This document shows positions 47,947 through 57,747 of a stretch of 64,000 nt of DNA, piece after piece. The position numbers were made by a program, and so were the translations under genes. This DNA is from Polyangiales bacterium (GTDB taxonomy: Bacteria; Myxococcota_A; Polyangia; Polyangiales; Houyiibacteriaceae). Where the stretch lies: assembly GCA_045106895.1 (NCBI GenBank), contig JBGCFM010000012.1, forward strand, positions 36,449 to 100,448, read 5' to 3'. The notes under the pieces were generated by a model, which saw only the letters and a program-made list of their open reading frames with translations, ran no database searches and was not told where the DNA came from. The first letter of the stretch is position 1. Each line of letters opens with the position of its first letter.

Positions 47947-50900
47947 TCAACCGAGCGTTAGGAACTCTTGGCCGAACTCGAGTGGGCTCGGCCGGTCGCG
48001 GAAGTCACGTGCGGTCCCTGCGCGAAGAAGACGCGCCAAGCCCGAAGGAAGTCCGTCGAGGATCGAGATATCTTCCAATGGGTCACGCCGCATGTGCGCG
48101 ACGATTCGCTCCCGCTTGTCTTCGATCTCGTCGAAGAAGGTGCGCCCCGTCATGACGTTGTAGATGGTCCCTGCCAGGGCGTAGACATCCGCCCGCGCGT
48201 CGAGGTCCACAGGGTCGAGGACCTGCTCCGGCGCAATGTACCCAGGGGTTCCCGCGACGAAACGACCGCCGACTTCAGGGGGAACACGCATCTTTCGAAC
48301 CATGCCGAAGTCGATGAGCACCGTGGACAGGGGCTGCGCGACGGCGGGGTCGCGGTGGACCTCGGGGTCGAATCGCACTCCGCCGCCAAGAGGCAGGCGA
48401 AGCCATATATTCGCGGGTTTTACGTCCCGATGAACCAGCTCGGCGTTGTGCAGCGCGGTGAGCCCAGCACACGATTCATGGACCACACGGCGCAGCTCGT
48501 AGAGCGTCATCTTCCGCGCGTCGGAGTACATCTTGAGGTCGGCGCCGATGAGGTACTCGAGGACCAAGTAGGGCATCCCTTCGGTGACGCCGCGGTCGAT
48601 GATGTTCGCTACGTTTGGATGGTAGAGCCCCGCGAGGGCGCTCGCCTCTTCGGTGAAGGACGCGAGAATGCCCTCGCGTTCCGTGTCGCTCGCGCTTGCA
48701 AGGACGTCGCTCTTCGGCACCTTGAGAACGAAGTAGCGGTCCGCGCCGGGCTTGCGTACAAGCCAAACGCTGCCGATGCCTCCTTCGCCGAGTCTCTTGA
48801 TGAGCTCATAGCCGAGGATGGTCTTCGGTTCTGCTTTCGGTGGCCTCGGCGGGGGTGGAGGCGTGCGTCGTACCGCGCTCTCCACTGCCGCCTCGACGAG
48901 ACCAGCCGCCGTTGGCCCCAGCGACGCGAACCACACCTCAAGGAGTGTGAGGTCGCGAGCCCGAATGGCGCGGGCGACAACGTTGGCGAGGCGCGGAGCG
49001 TTCTTCGAGGCTTCCGCGTTCAGTGAGTCGTCGTCGAGGGACGTACGTGCTGGATGAAGCGCGCGCACGGGATCGTGGAGCGCGCTCTTGAGCCGCTCCC
49101 CAGCCAAGACAAGCTCCATGCACAGCGGCTCCAAGTCCGGCCGCGCTCCAGATGCACCGCCAAAGCCCGTCAGCGCCCCCGCGAGCGCCGTGAGGCTCGC
49201 TCCCAGCTCCGTCTGGTCCGCGTGAAGGGCCGTCATCAAGCGTGCGACTTCGGGCTGCCAATCGGCGGCGTCCTTGTCCCCCGCGAGGGCCGCCTGAGTC
49301 TCTTCGGCGAGACTGCAACAGGTCTCAAGGGCGCCGTCTTCAATCATCGGTAGCGCGCTGGCGAGGGTCTGCAAGATGACCGGTCGGTCGATGACGAGTG
49401 CCCACCAGGCAGCAAAAGGACCGAGCCATGCGACGTCGTCGATCTCGCCAAGAGCGGTTCCACGCGTCGTGTCGACCAAGCGCCAGAAGAGCGCGGAGAG
49501 CGCCGCCTGCACGTTAGAGGCGAGCTCCCGGGAGCCGTCCAAACCGTCGAGTCGCCGGAGCCATAGACAGGTCTCATGCGCCGTCTCCCCGCGGCCAGGA
49601 CCCAGGTGATGTTCTTCGCCACACGCATCAAGTGCGTAGCCACCGAGTTTGAGGGCGAGGACCTCAAGGGCCGCGATGCGCGCGGGGTCGCCGCCGTCCT
49701 CACGACGCTGCTGGACCGCTTCAAGGATCTCCGCAGGCGCGCGGGCGAGTGATGCCCAGGTTTCTTCGAGGTCAGGCTCCGGAACAGTGTCGCCTCCTGG
49801 ACGGGTGGCCAGCATCGGGCCCCACAGACGGAGCGAGAGCGAGCGTGCGCACCCTTCGAATGCGTTGATCGCGCCGGCTTGGCGCCGCACGTTGCCATCG
49901 CTCAGGACGAGCCGGGCGGCCTCCGTAAACGTTGGCAGGAGCGTCGCCGCAAAACGCGCCGCGCGGGCGTCGGCCTCTTCATCGTCATATCGCGAGGCCA
50001 AACGCACCAGATTCTCAAGCCCCGTCTCGATATCGAGGGGGTCACGTTCCGCTTGGTCGATGGGGTCTGTGAGCGCGATAAGCTCAAGCCAACGCCGAGC
50101 GTCATCAATGTCGAGTTCTTCTTGGGAGGGAGCACGCTGCGCCATGCGCCGCAATCGTCGGAATACCGTGAGGTACTCGGAGTGGTCGCCCCCGCGGCGC
50201 CACAAGGTCGCGATGCCGCGTCCGAGCGCACGCGCCGCAACGGAACCGCCATCTCCGTCAAGAATACGTGCGCAGAGCGTGTCCCAGACGCGCCGACGCG
50301 AAGAGAAAAGATAAGGCGTCGCAGCGGCGGCGGCGGCGAGCCCCCACGCTTTCTCCGTCGGAGAATCGAGGATGCTCTCGAGTTCATGTCCCAGGAACGC
50401 GAGGCGCTGTTTCGGCAAGGAAGCGAACGCCGTGAGCGCGCGCTGACGCAGCACCTGGGAGCCTCCATGAACCCAATCGAGGAGCGTCCCCTCGAGGGGC
50501 TCAAACACACCGGCGAGCCGCCCGAAGGCTCGAGCCGCGTGGACCCAAACGATGGGCTCGGGGTGCAGCAAGAGCGGCTGCATGACCTGGAGAGTTCGGC
50601 CCACGAGGTGTTGATCACACATCGGGGAAATTCCGCACACGGCGATCTCAAGGCAACGCGCGGCGAGTACTCGGCCACGCAACGAGCCACGTGCGGGCGC
50701 CGCGACGACGGCCTCGAAGTTGGTCGCGTCTCCCCAGATCCATTGCCCAAACTCTGGCAACTGCAGTGCTCGGGCGCCGGCTTCCCAGACCAGAATCTCC
50801 ACCCGCGCAAAAGCTTCGACAATGGTCGGGTCGTTGAGCTCTTGCCCGTTGCCAAGGAGCGGAATGCACGCGAGGGCATCTTCGAGGGGACCTTGGATGA

Positions 50901-51261
50901 CACGATTCCGAGCCGCGATTCGTGCGCGGCGTTTGTGTTCGTCGTGCTTGATGGCCACCTTGAGCAGGTCGGCCATGAGCGCTTCGGGGTCGTCGACGTG
51001 CGCTGCACACCATGAGAAAACCAAGCCCCCGGCGGCTTCATCGAGGGACGCTCGAATGACCTCCTCGTTGTCACCAACGTTCCGAAGCCCGGCGTCGACG
51101 CGGTCCGCGAGCTCGGCGAGCTCAGGGTCAAGGTCCGAGCGCCGCGCAGAGTAGCGCCAGCGAGTGTGGAGTGCCTCGGCGAGACGCAGCTCACTGGCGA
51201 GGGCAGAATGAAGCGCACGAAGGTCGGCTGCGAGATCTGTCACGGTCCGCTTAGAGTACAC
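47947..51261 (-). CDS. Large cytoplasmic protein: helical/HEAT-like N-terminus plus C-terminal Ser/Thr kinase
   Basis: LGEGGIG, VLK, HRDVKPAN, DFG, GTPGYIAPE, DVY. No TM. Start uncertain (GTG 51243/51261; ORF open to 51444). Confidence 0.88.
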   Translation of the reverse strand: MYSKRTVTDLAADLRALHSALASELRLAEALHTRWRYSARRSDLDPELAELADRVDAGLRNVGDNEEVIRASLDEAAGGLVFSWCAAHVDDPEALMADLLKVAIKHDEHKRRARIAARNRVIQGPLEDALACIPLLGNGQELNDPTIVEAFARVEILVWEAGARALQLPEFGQWIWGDATNFEAVVAAPARGSLRGRVLAARCLEIAVCGISPMCDQHLVGRTLQVMQPLLLHPEPIVWVHAARAFGRLAGVFEPLEGTLLDWVHGGSQVLRQRALTAFASLPKQRLAFLGHELESILDSPTEKAWGLAAAAAATPYLFSSRRRVWDTLCARILDGDGGSVAARALGRGIATLWRRGGDHSEYLTVFRRLRRMAQRAPSQEELDIDDARRWLELIALTDPIDQAERDPLDIETGLENLVRLASRYDDEEADARAARFAATLLPTFTEAARLVLSDGNVRRQAGAINAFEGCARSLSLRLWGPMLATRPGGDTVPEPDLEETWASLARAPAEILEAVQQRREDGGDPARIAALEVLALKLGGYALDACGEEHHLGPGRGETAHETCLWLRRLDGLDGSRELASNVQAALSALFWRLVDTTRGTALGEIDDVAWLGPFAAWWALVIDRPVILQTLASALPMIEDGALETCCSLAEETQAALAGDKDAADWQPEVARLMTALHADQTELGASLTALAGALTGFGGASGARPDLEPLCMELVLAGERLKSALHDPVRALHPARTSLDDDSLNAEASKNAPRLANVVARAIRARDLTLLEVWFASLGPTAAGLVEAAVESAVRRTPPPPPRPPKAEPKTILGYELIKRLGEGGIGSVWLVRKPGADRYFVLKVPKSDVLASASDTEREGILASFTEEASALAGLYHPNVANIIDRGVTEGMPYLVLEYLIGADLKMYSDARKMTLYELRRVVHESCAGLTALHNAELVHRDVKPANIWLRLPLGGGVRFDPEVHRDPAVAQPLSTVLIDFGMVRKMRVPPEVGGRFVAGTPGYIAPEQVLDPVDLDARADVYALAGTIYNVMTGRTFFDEIEDKRERIVAHMRRDPLEDISILDGLPSGLARLLRAGTARDFRDRPSPLEFGQEFLTLG

Positions 51262-51545
51262 GGAGACAGGCTCCTTCGCGTCTTTTGCGCGGACTCTTGT
51301 CAGGAGTCGGGCGTCGGCGAGAGCGCCGAGAGCAGCCCGGCCGCCCCACGAGGCCCCATGAGCAACTCTAGAGCGTGAAGGCAGGCTTTGTGAGACCAAG
51401 GCGGGAGGAGGAAGGAATGCCAGCGGCATTTCGACGACGAACAACGCAGGGCTCGCGAAGCCTGACGAGAGAGTGTACCAACCTCACTGGATCACGCTCT
51501 AGTTGTCGGGGCGCCGGCAATCTTTACACTTCACACGTGGCTCCC

Positions 51546-53981
51546 ATGCGCTCTTCCCTCATTCCAGTGATGGCGCTCAGCGCACTCCTCGCCGGCTGCT
51601 CCACCGGCTCGTCCGTCAATTTGCTGAGCCCCACCCCGGCAAGAGTGAGTGTCGGCGAGACGCTGACGCTGCCATTGGTCATCGACAACCCGGAAGGGCT
51701 CACCATCGCCTACCAGGTAGAACCCGTCGTCCCCGGCTCGCTCCCGAGTTTCGACTCGGTCCACGCGATCACGGGCACCCCCCAAGGTGGAACGTTTCGT
51801 TGGAGCCCGCTGGTGTCCCACGTAGGAGCCCAGGAGCTCCGTTTCATCGTCACGCGCGACGGGACCGTCATCGACACTGAGACCGTCGTCATCACCGTGG
51901 AACCACCCGTCGACGCCGCGCCGGTATTCGTCCAACCAGGTGCCGGCGCCACCTTCGACCTTGGAATCTCGCTCTGCGTCGAGTTCGCCATCGAAGTCCG
52001 TGACGCGGACTCCGAGCTCGTCGACATTCGCGCACGCTCCGAGATGCCCGCCGGGGCGTCGCTCGTTGGCGTCGGTCCGAAGAGCGCTGAGGTCTTCTGG
52101 TGCCCATCCCGCGATCAGATCAACAGCTCCCAGCGGTGGCTCTTCGAATTTGAAGCTTCCGATTCGACACATGACCCAGTGCCCCATGACTTCGTCGTCG
52201 TCCTCCGAGTGCCCACGGATGAGAGCTGCGAGGGAGACTCCCCGGTGATCGAAGTCCTCGAACCCGACAACGCCGCGCGCACGGAGTCACGTGTCGTCCG
52301 CGTTCGAATCACCGACGACATCGGCTTGCGCGACGCGCCACTTCTCTACTGGAGCACCGAGAGTCCCGACGACCCGCGGATGCCCGATGTGACCACATTC
52401 GAACAGGTCACCCTTGAAGCGGCGGACTCCCCCGACGAGTTCGTCGGGGACATTGGCCTCGCCCTCGACGAGGGTGAAGCGCGTGGCGTGTACTTCTTGG
52501 TTTCCGCCACGGACAACGATGACCCCAGCGGGGCCCTGTGTGACCACCGCACGGACGGTGAGCTTCAGGTGATCACCCTCGTCGGTGCAAGCCCCGTCGC
52601 CGATATTGCGGCGTGTGACCCATGCACGCGTTCCGCCGACTGCATCTCAGGTGTCTGCGCCTCATCCGGCGGCAGCGGAGTCTGTCTTCCGACCTGCGAC
52701 GACTGCGAGACCGGCACCTGCGGAATGTTCGGCAGCGTGGAAGGCCCGGCTCTCGAAGGTTGCGGAGACGCCGTGGCCGCCTGCACGCCTCCGGTGTTGT
52801 GCATGGAAGACGACTTTGAGCCCAACGACTCCCAGGAGAGTGCCCATGTGCTCTCCGAAGGGCGCACGGACTCCCTCGCGATCTGTGAGGCTTCCGGTGA
52901 CTTCTATCGCTTCGACGCGTCTTTCCGAAACCTCGTGACCTTTCGCGTCGACAACTTTGTCCACGACGAAGGAGACCTCGATCTTCGCGTGCTCAACGAA
53001 GAAGGGACCATCGTCGAATCGAGCGCCGGCGTGGGCAACTCCGAGACCGTCTCCTACTGCGCACGCGGAAGCGAGGCGGTCTATGCTCAGGTATTCGGCT
53101 ACCGCGGCGCGACAAACACGTACTCCATCGAAGTGCAGCGCGAAGCCGGCGCGTGCTGTGTCGACGACTCGATGGAGCCCGATGACGCGAGCGCCACAGC
53201 ACGCCCCGATGGCTCGATGATCGGTGGCCTCATCTGCCCCGGCGACGCCGACTACTACGAGATTCGCACCGATGGCGCCGCCACCCTCGACATCGAAGTC
53301 ACCCACGAGCTTGGCGACATCAACATCGAGCTCCTCTCGCCGAGCGGCGATTCTATCACCCGCTCGGAGGCGCCTTCATCCCCCGAGACGATTCGAGCCA
53401 ACGTCGACAGCAGCGGACGTTACCTGCTGCGCGTTTACGGTTCTCTCGGCGAAGCCAGCCCCTACGCTGGCACTCTCAACGTGACGCCACGGGCCGTTTG
53501 TAGTGAGTCCCGCGACTGCGCCACCGGCGACGTCTGCGATGGGGGCGCCTGCCGTGACGGGGCATGCACGACCAACACGATGTGTCCCGCCGCCCATGCG
53601 TGCCCAACGACGCAGCTCTGCTCCGCGGAATGCACCGTCAACTCTGGTTGCCGAAGCTCAGAAGCGTGCAAGTGGTCTTTCGAGGGGCGCGTCTGCGCAC
53701 AACGCGGCTCAGGTCAAAATGGCGACGCATGCACCACCGCTGGCGACTGCGGCGGTCAACGAGAATGTGTGTCACCGGACCTAGGTGGCTACTGCGCACG
53801 AGTCGGATGTACGCGCAACGCGGACTGCGAATCCGGGACGTATTGCGTTCAGGCCACTCCCGAGACCCGCGTCTGCGCCAAGAGCTGTGTCCCGGGCGAG
53901 TGCCGCACCGCCGAGGGCTTCGATTGCACGTTCTTGCCCACCCTCGAAGGAGGCAGCGAGTCCGTGTGCTGGCCGTCTTGA
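51546..53981 (+). CDS. Multidomain lipoprotein: Ig/cadherin-like, 2x PPC and Cys-rich repeats
   Basis: Lipobox LAGC. GTFRWSP. ED.FEPND, D.YRF, GDLDL. Many C-x5-C motifs. Confidence 0.8.
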   Translation: MRSSLIPVMALSALLAGCSTGSSVNLLSPTPARVSVGETLTLPLVIDNPEGLTIAYQVEPVVPGSLPSFDSVHAITGTPQGGTFRWSPLVSHVGAQELRFIVTRDGTVIDTETVVITVEPPVDAAPVFVQPGAGATFDLGISLCVEFAIEVRDADSELVDIRARSEMPAGASLVGVGPKSAEVFWCPSRDQINSSQRWLFEFEASDSTHDPVPHDFVVVLRVPTDESCEGDSPVIEVLEPDNAARTESRVVRVRITDDIGLRDAPLLYWSTESPDDPRMPDVTTFEQVTLEAADSPDEFVGDIGLALDEGEARGVYFLVSATDNDDPSGALCDHRTDGELQVITLVGASPVADIAACDPCTRSADCISGVCASSGGSGVCLPTCDDCETGTCGMFGSVEGPALEGCGDAVAACTPPVLCMEDDFEPNDSQESAHVLSEGRTDSLAICEASGDFYRFDASFRNLVTFRVDNFVHDEGDLDLRVLNEEGTIVESSAGVGNSETVSYCARGSEAVYAQVFGYRGATNTYSIEVQREAGACCVDDSMEPDDASATARPDGSMIGGLICPGDADYYEIRTDGAATLDIEVTHELGDINIELLSPSGDSITRSEAPSSPETIRANVDSSGRYLLRVYGSLGEASPYAGTLNVTPRAVCSESRDCATGDVCDGGACRDGACTTNTMCPAAHACPTTQLCSAECTVNSGCRSSEACKWSFEGRVCAQRGSGQNGDACTTAGDCGGQRECVSPDLGGYCARVGCTRNADCESGTYCVQATPETRVCAKSCVPGECRTAEGFDCTFLPTLEGGSESVCWPS

Positions 53982-54016
53982 AGGAAGCGCCTCGAAGTGG
54001 GCTGACGAGGAGCCTC

Positions 54017-55837
54017 ATGCTTCTCTTACTCGCCGCCCTCGCCGCCTGCCAAGAGCCGGTGGTGGCCGCTCCTGAAGAGCGGATTGAAAGCGTCACGGCT
54101 CCCACGCCGTTGACCATCGGCAGCCCCGTCACGTTGGAGGGCACCTTTGAGCTCTCTGGGCTTTCACGAACCGGTGATGCCGTGCTCTTCGTCATCGCCG
54201 AAGGCGTCGAGTATCGCTTCACGCCTTTCACGTCAGTGCCCCTGACGTTCCTCGCCACACGTGATTTTGTCGAAGCCGCTGGCGACCAAAGCGTCGACGT
54301 GGTGCTGCGCCTCGAAGGACTCATCAACACCCTTCCCTTCGATGTGCGCTGGGATGTCGCCCGCGCACCTCAGCTCGAACTCGACAACGCGCCGAGCGGC
54401 GGCGTGCACTACAACGACCCTCTGGTTCTCCGCGGAAACGGCTTTCATGGGCCCACCGAAGGAGAGCTCTTCTTCTGCGCCGAAGGTACGTTCGTCTCCA
54501 CCGAAGGCGCCGAGGCGGTCTCCGAATGCCAGCCCGCGACGCTCGTCGACCCGACGGAACGTGATCGCGCCCTCACTCGTTTGTCCGTTCGCTTTGGATC
54601 GTCGCGTGGTCTTGAGGGCGACTTTGATGGGATCGTTTTCATGGAGAGCCGCCGCGAAGAACTGGAGACACGCCGAAGCGCTCCCCGGGCGGCGTCGTTC
54701 CGTTTTGGCCTCCCCGAGGTCTTTGGTCTCTCGCCCTCAAGCGCACCGCTCGAAGCGCGGGTCATCGTCGAAGGCGCCGGTTTCTTGGGCGGCGTGGAAG
54801 ACGCGAGTGATGCCAACACCGTCGTGACGTTGAGCGGCCTCTTTAGTTACCCCGGAGGCGAGGAGCCCATCGACGCTGAGCTCGTCCCGCGTTTCGTTTC
54901 CGGCACCGAACTCGAGTGGACACTGCGCAGCGAGGTCAATGAGCTGCAGCTCGTGTCGACACTCTTCGGCCAAGGCGAGGGACGCTTCGAAGGCCAAATG
55001 CAGGTCGCCCTCATCGCAACCATGGGCGAGGTCACCAGCGTAGAGCTGCCCATCGCCTTTGAGCTGACGCCCGTCCGCCAGGCGGTGTGGCTTCGTTTCC
55101 TTCCCCAGTTCGGCACAAGCCTGGAGCGTTTCGGGCTTCGCGCGGCGGAGACGAGGATTCGCGAAGCCATCGCCGCGCGCGTCGAAGAACTCTATCGCGA
55201 CTTCCGAGTCGACGTGTTCCTCAACGAACCCGCCGGCGTGTCCCCGAGTGGCGTCACCACCATCGACATTGGCGGGCCGGACCCGAGCGGCCTGGGCATC
55301 TTTGGGCGCGACAACTCGCCCGGAAAAGACGTGGGCAATATTCGCCTCTTCGACGCCATCGGGGGACTCAACGCGGACGTTCAGACCGATGGCTTCGCCG
55401 GATACGGGGGCGTGTTCGTTGAATCCTACTTGTGGTGGTCCTCGCACCCGGAGCTGAGCGGACCACGACCCATCGGCGCACCTCAGAGCGAAGCCCTCTT
55501 CGACACGCTCTTCGATGCCGTACGTAGACGGCCCATCACGCTGGCGGAATCGCGCGGTGAAGGGGATGTGGACCGCAACGAAGTCGCCGGGCGTGCCCTG
55601 CGCGCTTTCAGCTACATGAGCGCAGAGACCGTCGCCCATGAACTCGGTCACGCCCTCGGACTTGCACAGCCCTTTGGGGCGCCGACGGACTTTCATAACC
55701 CAAGGGACGAGCCCGGCTGTCTCATGGACGCTGCACGAGACCGCCCCCTTGGGGAGCGCGTCGCCGAGCCCGGGTTTGAGGGCACACACTTCTGCGAGGA
55801 CGCTACGCTTTATCTGGAAGCGATCTTGGGCGGCTAG
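54017..55837 (+). CDS. Lipoprotein with IPT-like domains and C-terminal metzincin-like metallopeptidase
   Basis: GAGGAG RBS. Lipobox LAAC. HELGHALGL and Met-turn CLMD. Confidence 0.78.
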   Translation: MLLLLAALAACQEPVVAAPEERIESVTAPTPLTIGSPVTLEGTFELSGLSRTGDAVLFVIAEGVEYRFTPFTSVPLTFLATRDFVEAAGDQSVDVVLRLEGLINTLPFDVRWDVARAPQLELDNAPSGGVHYNDPLVLRGNGFHGPTEGELFFCAEGTFVSTEGAEAVSECQPATLVDPTERDRALTRLSVRFGSSRGLEGDFDGIVFMESRREELETRRSAPRAASFRFGLPEVFGLSPSSAPLEARVIVEGAGFLGGVEDASDANTVVTLSGLFSYPGGEEPIDAELVPRFVSGTELEWTLRSEVNELQLVSTLFGQGEGRFEGQMQVALIATMGEVTSVELPIAFELTPVRQAVWLRFLPQFGTSLERFGLRAAETRIREAIAARVEELYRDFRVDVFLNEPAGVSPSGVTTIDIGGPDPSGLGIFGRDNSPGKDVGNIRLFDAIGGLNADVQTDGFAGYGGVFVESYLWWSSHPELSGPRPIGAPQSEALFDTLFDAVRRRPITLAESRGEGDVDRNEVAGRALRAFSYMSAETVAHELGHALGLAQPFGAPTDFHNPRDEPGCLMDAARDRPLGERVAEPGFEGTHFCEDATLYLEAILGG

Positions 55838-55860
55838 CCGCACCTTGGTAGGGTGCGCCG

Positions 55861-56574
55861 GTGCTTAGAGTCGCTTTGATTTGCTCGCTCTTGGGTTGTG
55901 GTCTCGTCCTCGACCTCGACCCGCCAGACGACAGCCGCGCGGATGGTGGACGCCCCGATGTAAGACGCCCAGATGTGCCCCTCGACGTTTCTCGGGAAGA
56001 TGTCCCGCTACAAGATGTCCGGAGCGTCGACGTGGGCGGAGCTGACGGGCTGGTGGTCATGCCGGACGTACCTGAACTGCCTGACGTACCTGAACTGCCT
56101 GACGTACCCGTGTTCACCTGTGTGCTCAGCGACGATTGCGGCGAAAACCGGCCGTGCCACGAATGGGTCTGTGAGGCGGGCGCCTGCGTTGAATACGTCT
56201 TGGGAGACGACACATCCTGTGAGTCCGATGGCCTCTTCTGTACGCAAGGTGCGTGCAGAGGCGGCGTCTGCTTCGACACAGCGGAGACGCTCTGTCCCGG
56301 CACGCGAACCGACTGCAGTCGGCCGTTCTGCAACGAGATAGTGGACGACTGCGACTTCAGAGCCATCAACGAAGGGGGCATGTGCGACACCCTCAACGGA
56401 GTCGCATTCTGTGGCGAGGGCGCCTGCCTACTCGATGAGTGTCTCGATGGCTTCCTCGACTGTGATTCCGACGAACGCTGCGAAACGAATGCGGACGTGG
56501 ACCCAGAGAACTGCGGACTTTGCGGCAACGTCTGCCCTGGCGGAAGAGACTGTGAGGGTGGCTCCTGCTTATAG
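55861..56574 (+). CDS. Cys-rich lipoprotein with PDV repeats
   Basis: LLGC lipobox. Stigmatella-type D..NCG.CG.VC repeat. Confidence 0.75.
   Translation: MLRVALICSLLGCGLVLDLDPPDDSRADGGRPDVRRPDVPLDVSREDVPLQDVRSVDVGGADGLVVMPDVPELPDVPELPDVPVFTCVLSDDCGENRPCHEWVCEAGACVEYVLGDDTSCESDGLFCTQGACRGGVCFDTAETLCPGTRTDCSRPFCNEIVDDCDFRAINEGGMCDTLNGVAFCGEGACLLDECLDGFLDCDSDERCETNADVDPENCGLCGNVCPGGRDCEGGSCL
56065..56108 (+). repeat. 18-bp perfect tandem repeat (x2.4)
   Basis: GACGTACCTGAACTGCCT x2 plus GACGTACC, encoding DVPELP. Confidence 0.85.
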
Positions 56575-56607
56575 CGCCGCGCCCAAATCGGCGCTAAAGC
56601 GCGCCCC

Positions 56608-57747
56608 GTGGAAGAAGGTCGCCTCACTTGTTATGTGTGCTTCAAGCCGCAGGTCACCTGCGTGTGCGGCAACATTCGCCCCGTGGACAACGCCACGACG
56701 ATCCATGTCCTGCAGCACCCCCGGGAACGTGCCCATCCCATCGGCACCGCGCGGTTTGTGGAGCTAGGCCTCAAGCGCTCCCAGGTGGTCCTCGCCCAGC
56801 GCTCCGAGCGAGACCTCGTCAAAGAGATCGAGCTGCCTCCGGGCACGGGGTTGCTCTTTCCCCGCGCGGACTCCCGGGACCTCGAAACACTGCCTCCGGA
56901 TGAACGCCCAAAGGGCCTCGTGGTCCTCGACGGAACCTGGCCTCACGCGCGCTCGCTCTACAAACGCAACGAGTGGCTTCACGCCTTGCCTCACTACCGG
57001 CTCTCTCCGGACGCTCCGAGCCGCTATCGCATTCGAAAAGAGCCCAGCGAAGACTACGTCTCGACGCTGGAGTCCGTGGTCCTCGCTCTTCGGGTGCTCG
57101 AACCTGAGCTGGAGGGCCTCGAAGGCTTGCTCCACGCCTTCGACGCGATGGTGGACGCACAGATCAGCCACCGAGATCGCGCGCGAAAGGCGGGCACTGG
57201 CCAACGCTTCAAGAAACGAAAAGTGAACCGCCTCTTTCGGGGGATCCCTTCGTGGTTTGGCGAAGAGTTTGAATCCCTCGTCGCGCTCTACGCCGAAGCC
57301 ATGCCCCTCGACGACCGTATCGAGCGTCCGCGCGAGCTGCTCCAACTTTGCGCGATTCGACTCTCCGACGGCGCACGTTTTGAACGCTTCGTGACGCCGC
57401 CGTCCGGGTTGCCAGTTCCAAGCGACCTGGAGCTCCTGGGCCTTGAAACGTCCAACTTCTCAAACGCGAAACCTGGCGTGGAGGTGGTCCGCGAACTCGA
57501 AGAGTTCATGGACGGCGGCTTCCCCCTCTCCTGGAACCGCATCACCCCTCGACTCCTTCGCGAAGCGGCCGGCCAAGAAATTCCGGTCAAACTTCTTCGC
57601 CCCATCACGCGAGGACTCGACGCCCTCGGCTTTCCGAAGAGCGACGTATCGGAGACGCCACCCGCGCAGTTCGAAGGGCGCGCCGCTCAGCGCATGGCGA
57701 ACCTGGTTTCCCTCGCGAAGCGCACTCGAGAGCGCGCGCGCCGCTAA
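56608..57747 (+). CDS. DTW-domain tRNA-uridine aminocarboxypropyltransferase (TapT-like) with C-terminal extension
   Basis: C..C......C.C, LQHPRE, LLFP, LDGTW, YRIRK, STLE. Confidence 0.88.
   Translation: MEEGRLTCYVCFKPQVTCVCGNIRPVDNATTIHVLQHPRERAHPIGTARFVELGLKRSQVVLAQRSERDLVKEIELPPGTGLLFPRADSRDLETLPPDERPKGLVVLDGTWPHARSLYKRNEWLHALPHYRLSPDAPSRYRIRKEPSEDYVSTLESVVLALRVLEPELEGLEGLLHAFDAMVDAQISHRDRARKAGTGQRFKKRKVNRLFRGIPSWFGEEFESLVALYAEAMPLDDRIERPRELLQLCAIRLSDGARFERFVTPPSGLPVPSDLELLGLETSNFSNAKPGVEVVRELEEFMDGGFPLSWNRITPRLLREAAGQEIPVKLLRPITRGLDALGFPKSDVSETPPAQFEGRAAQRMANLVSLAKRTRERARR

Noticed and set aside
53564..54016. N-terminal extension of the metallopeptidase ORF
   Set aside because: Overlaps the preceding CDS out of frame. 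An RBS and lipobox support ATG 54017.
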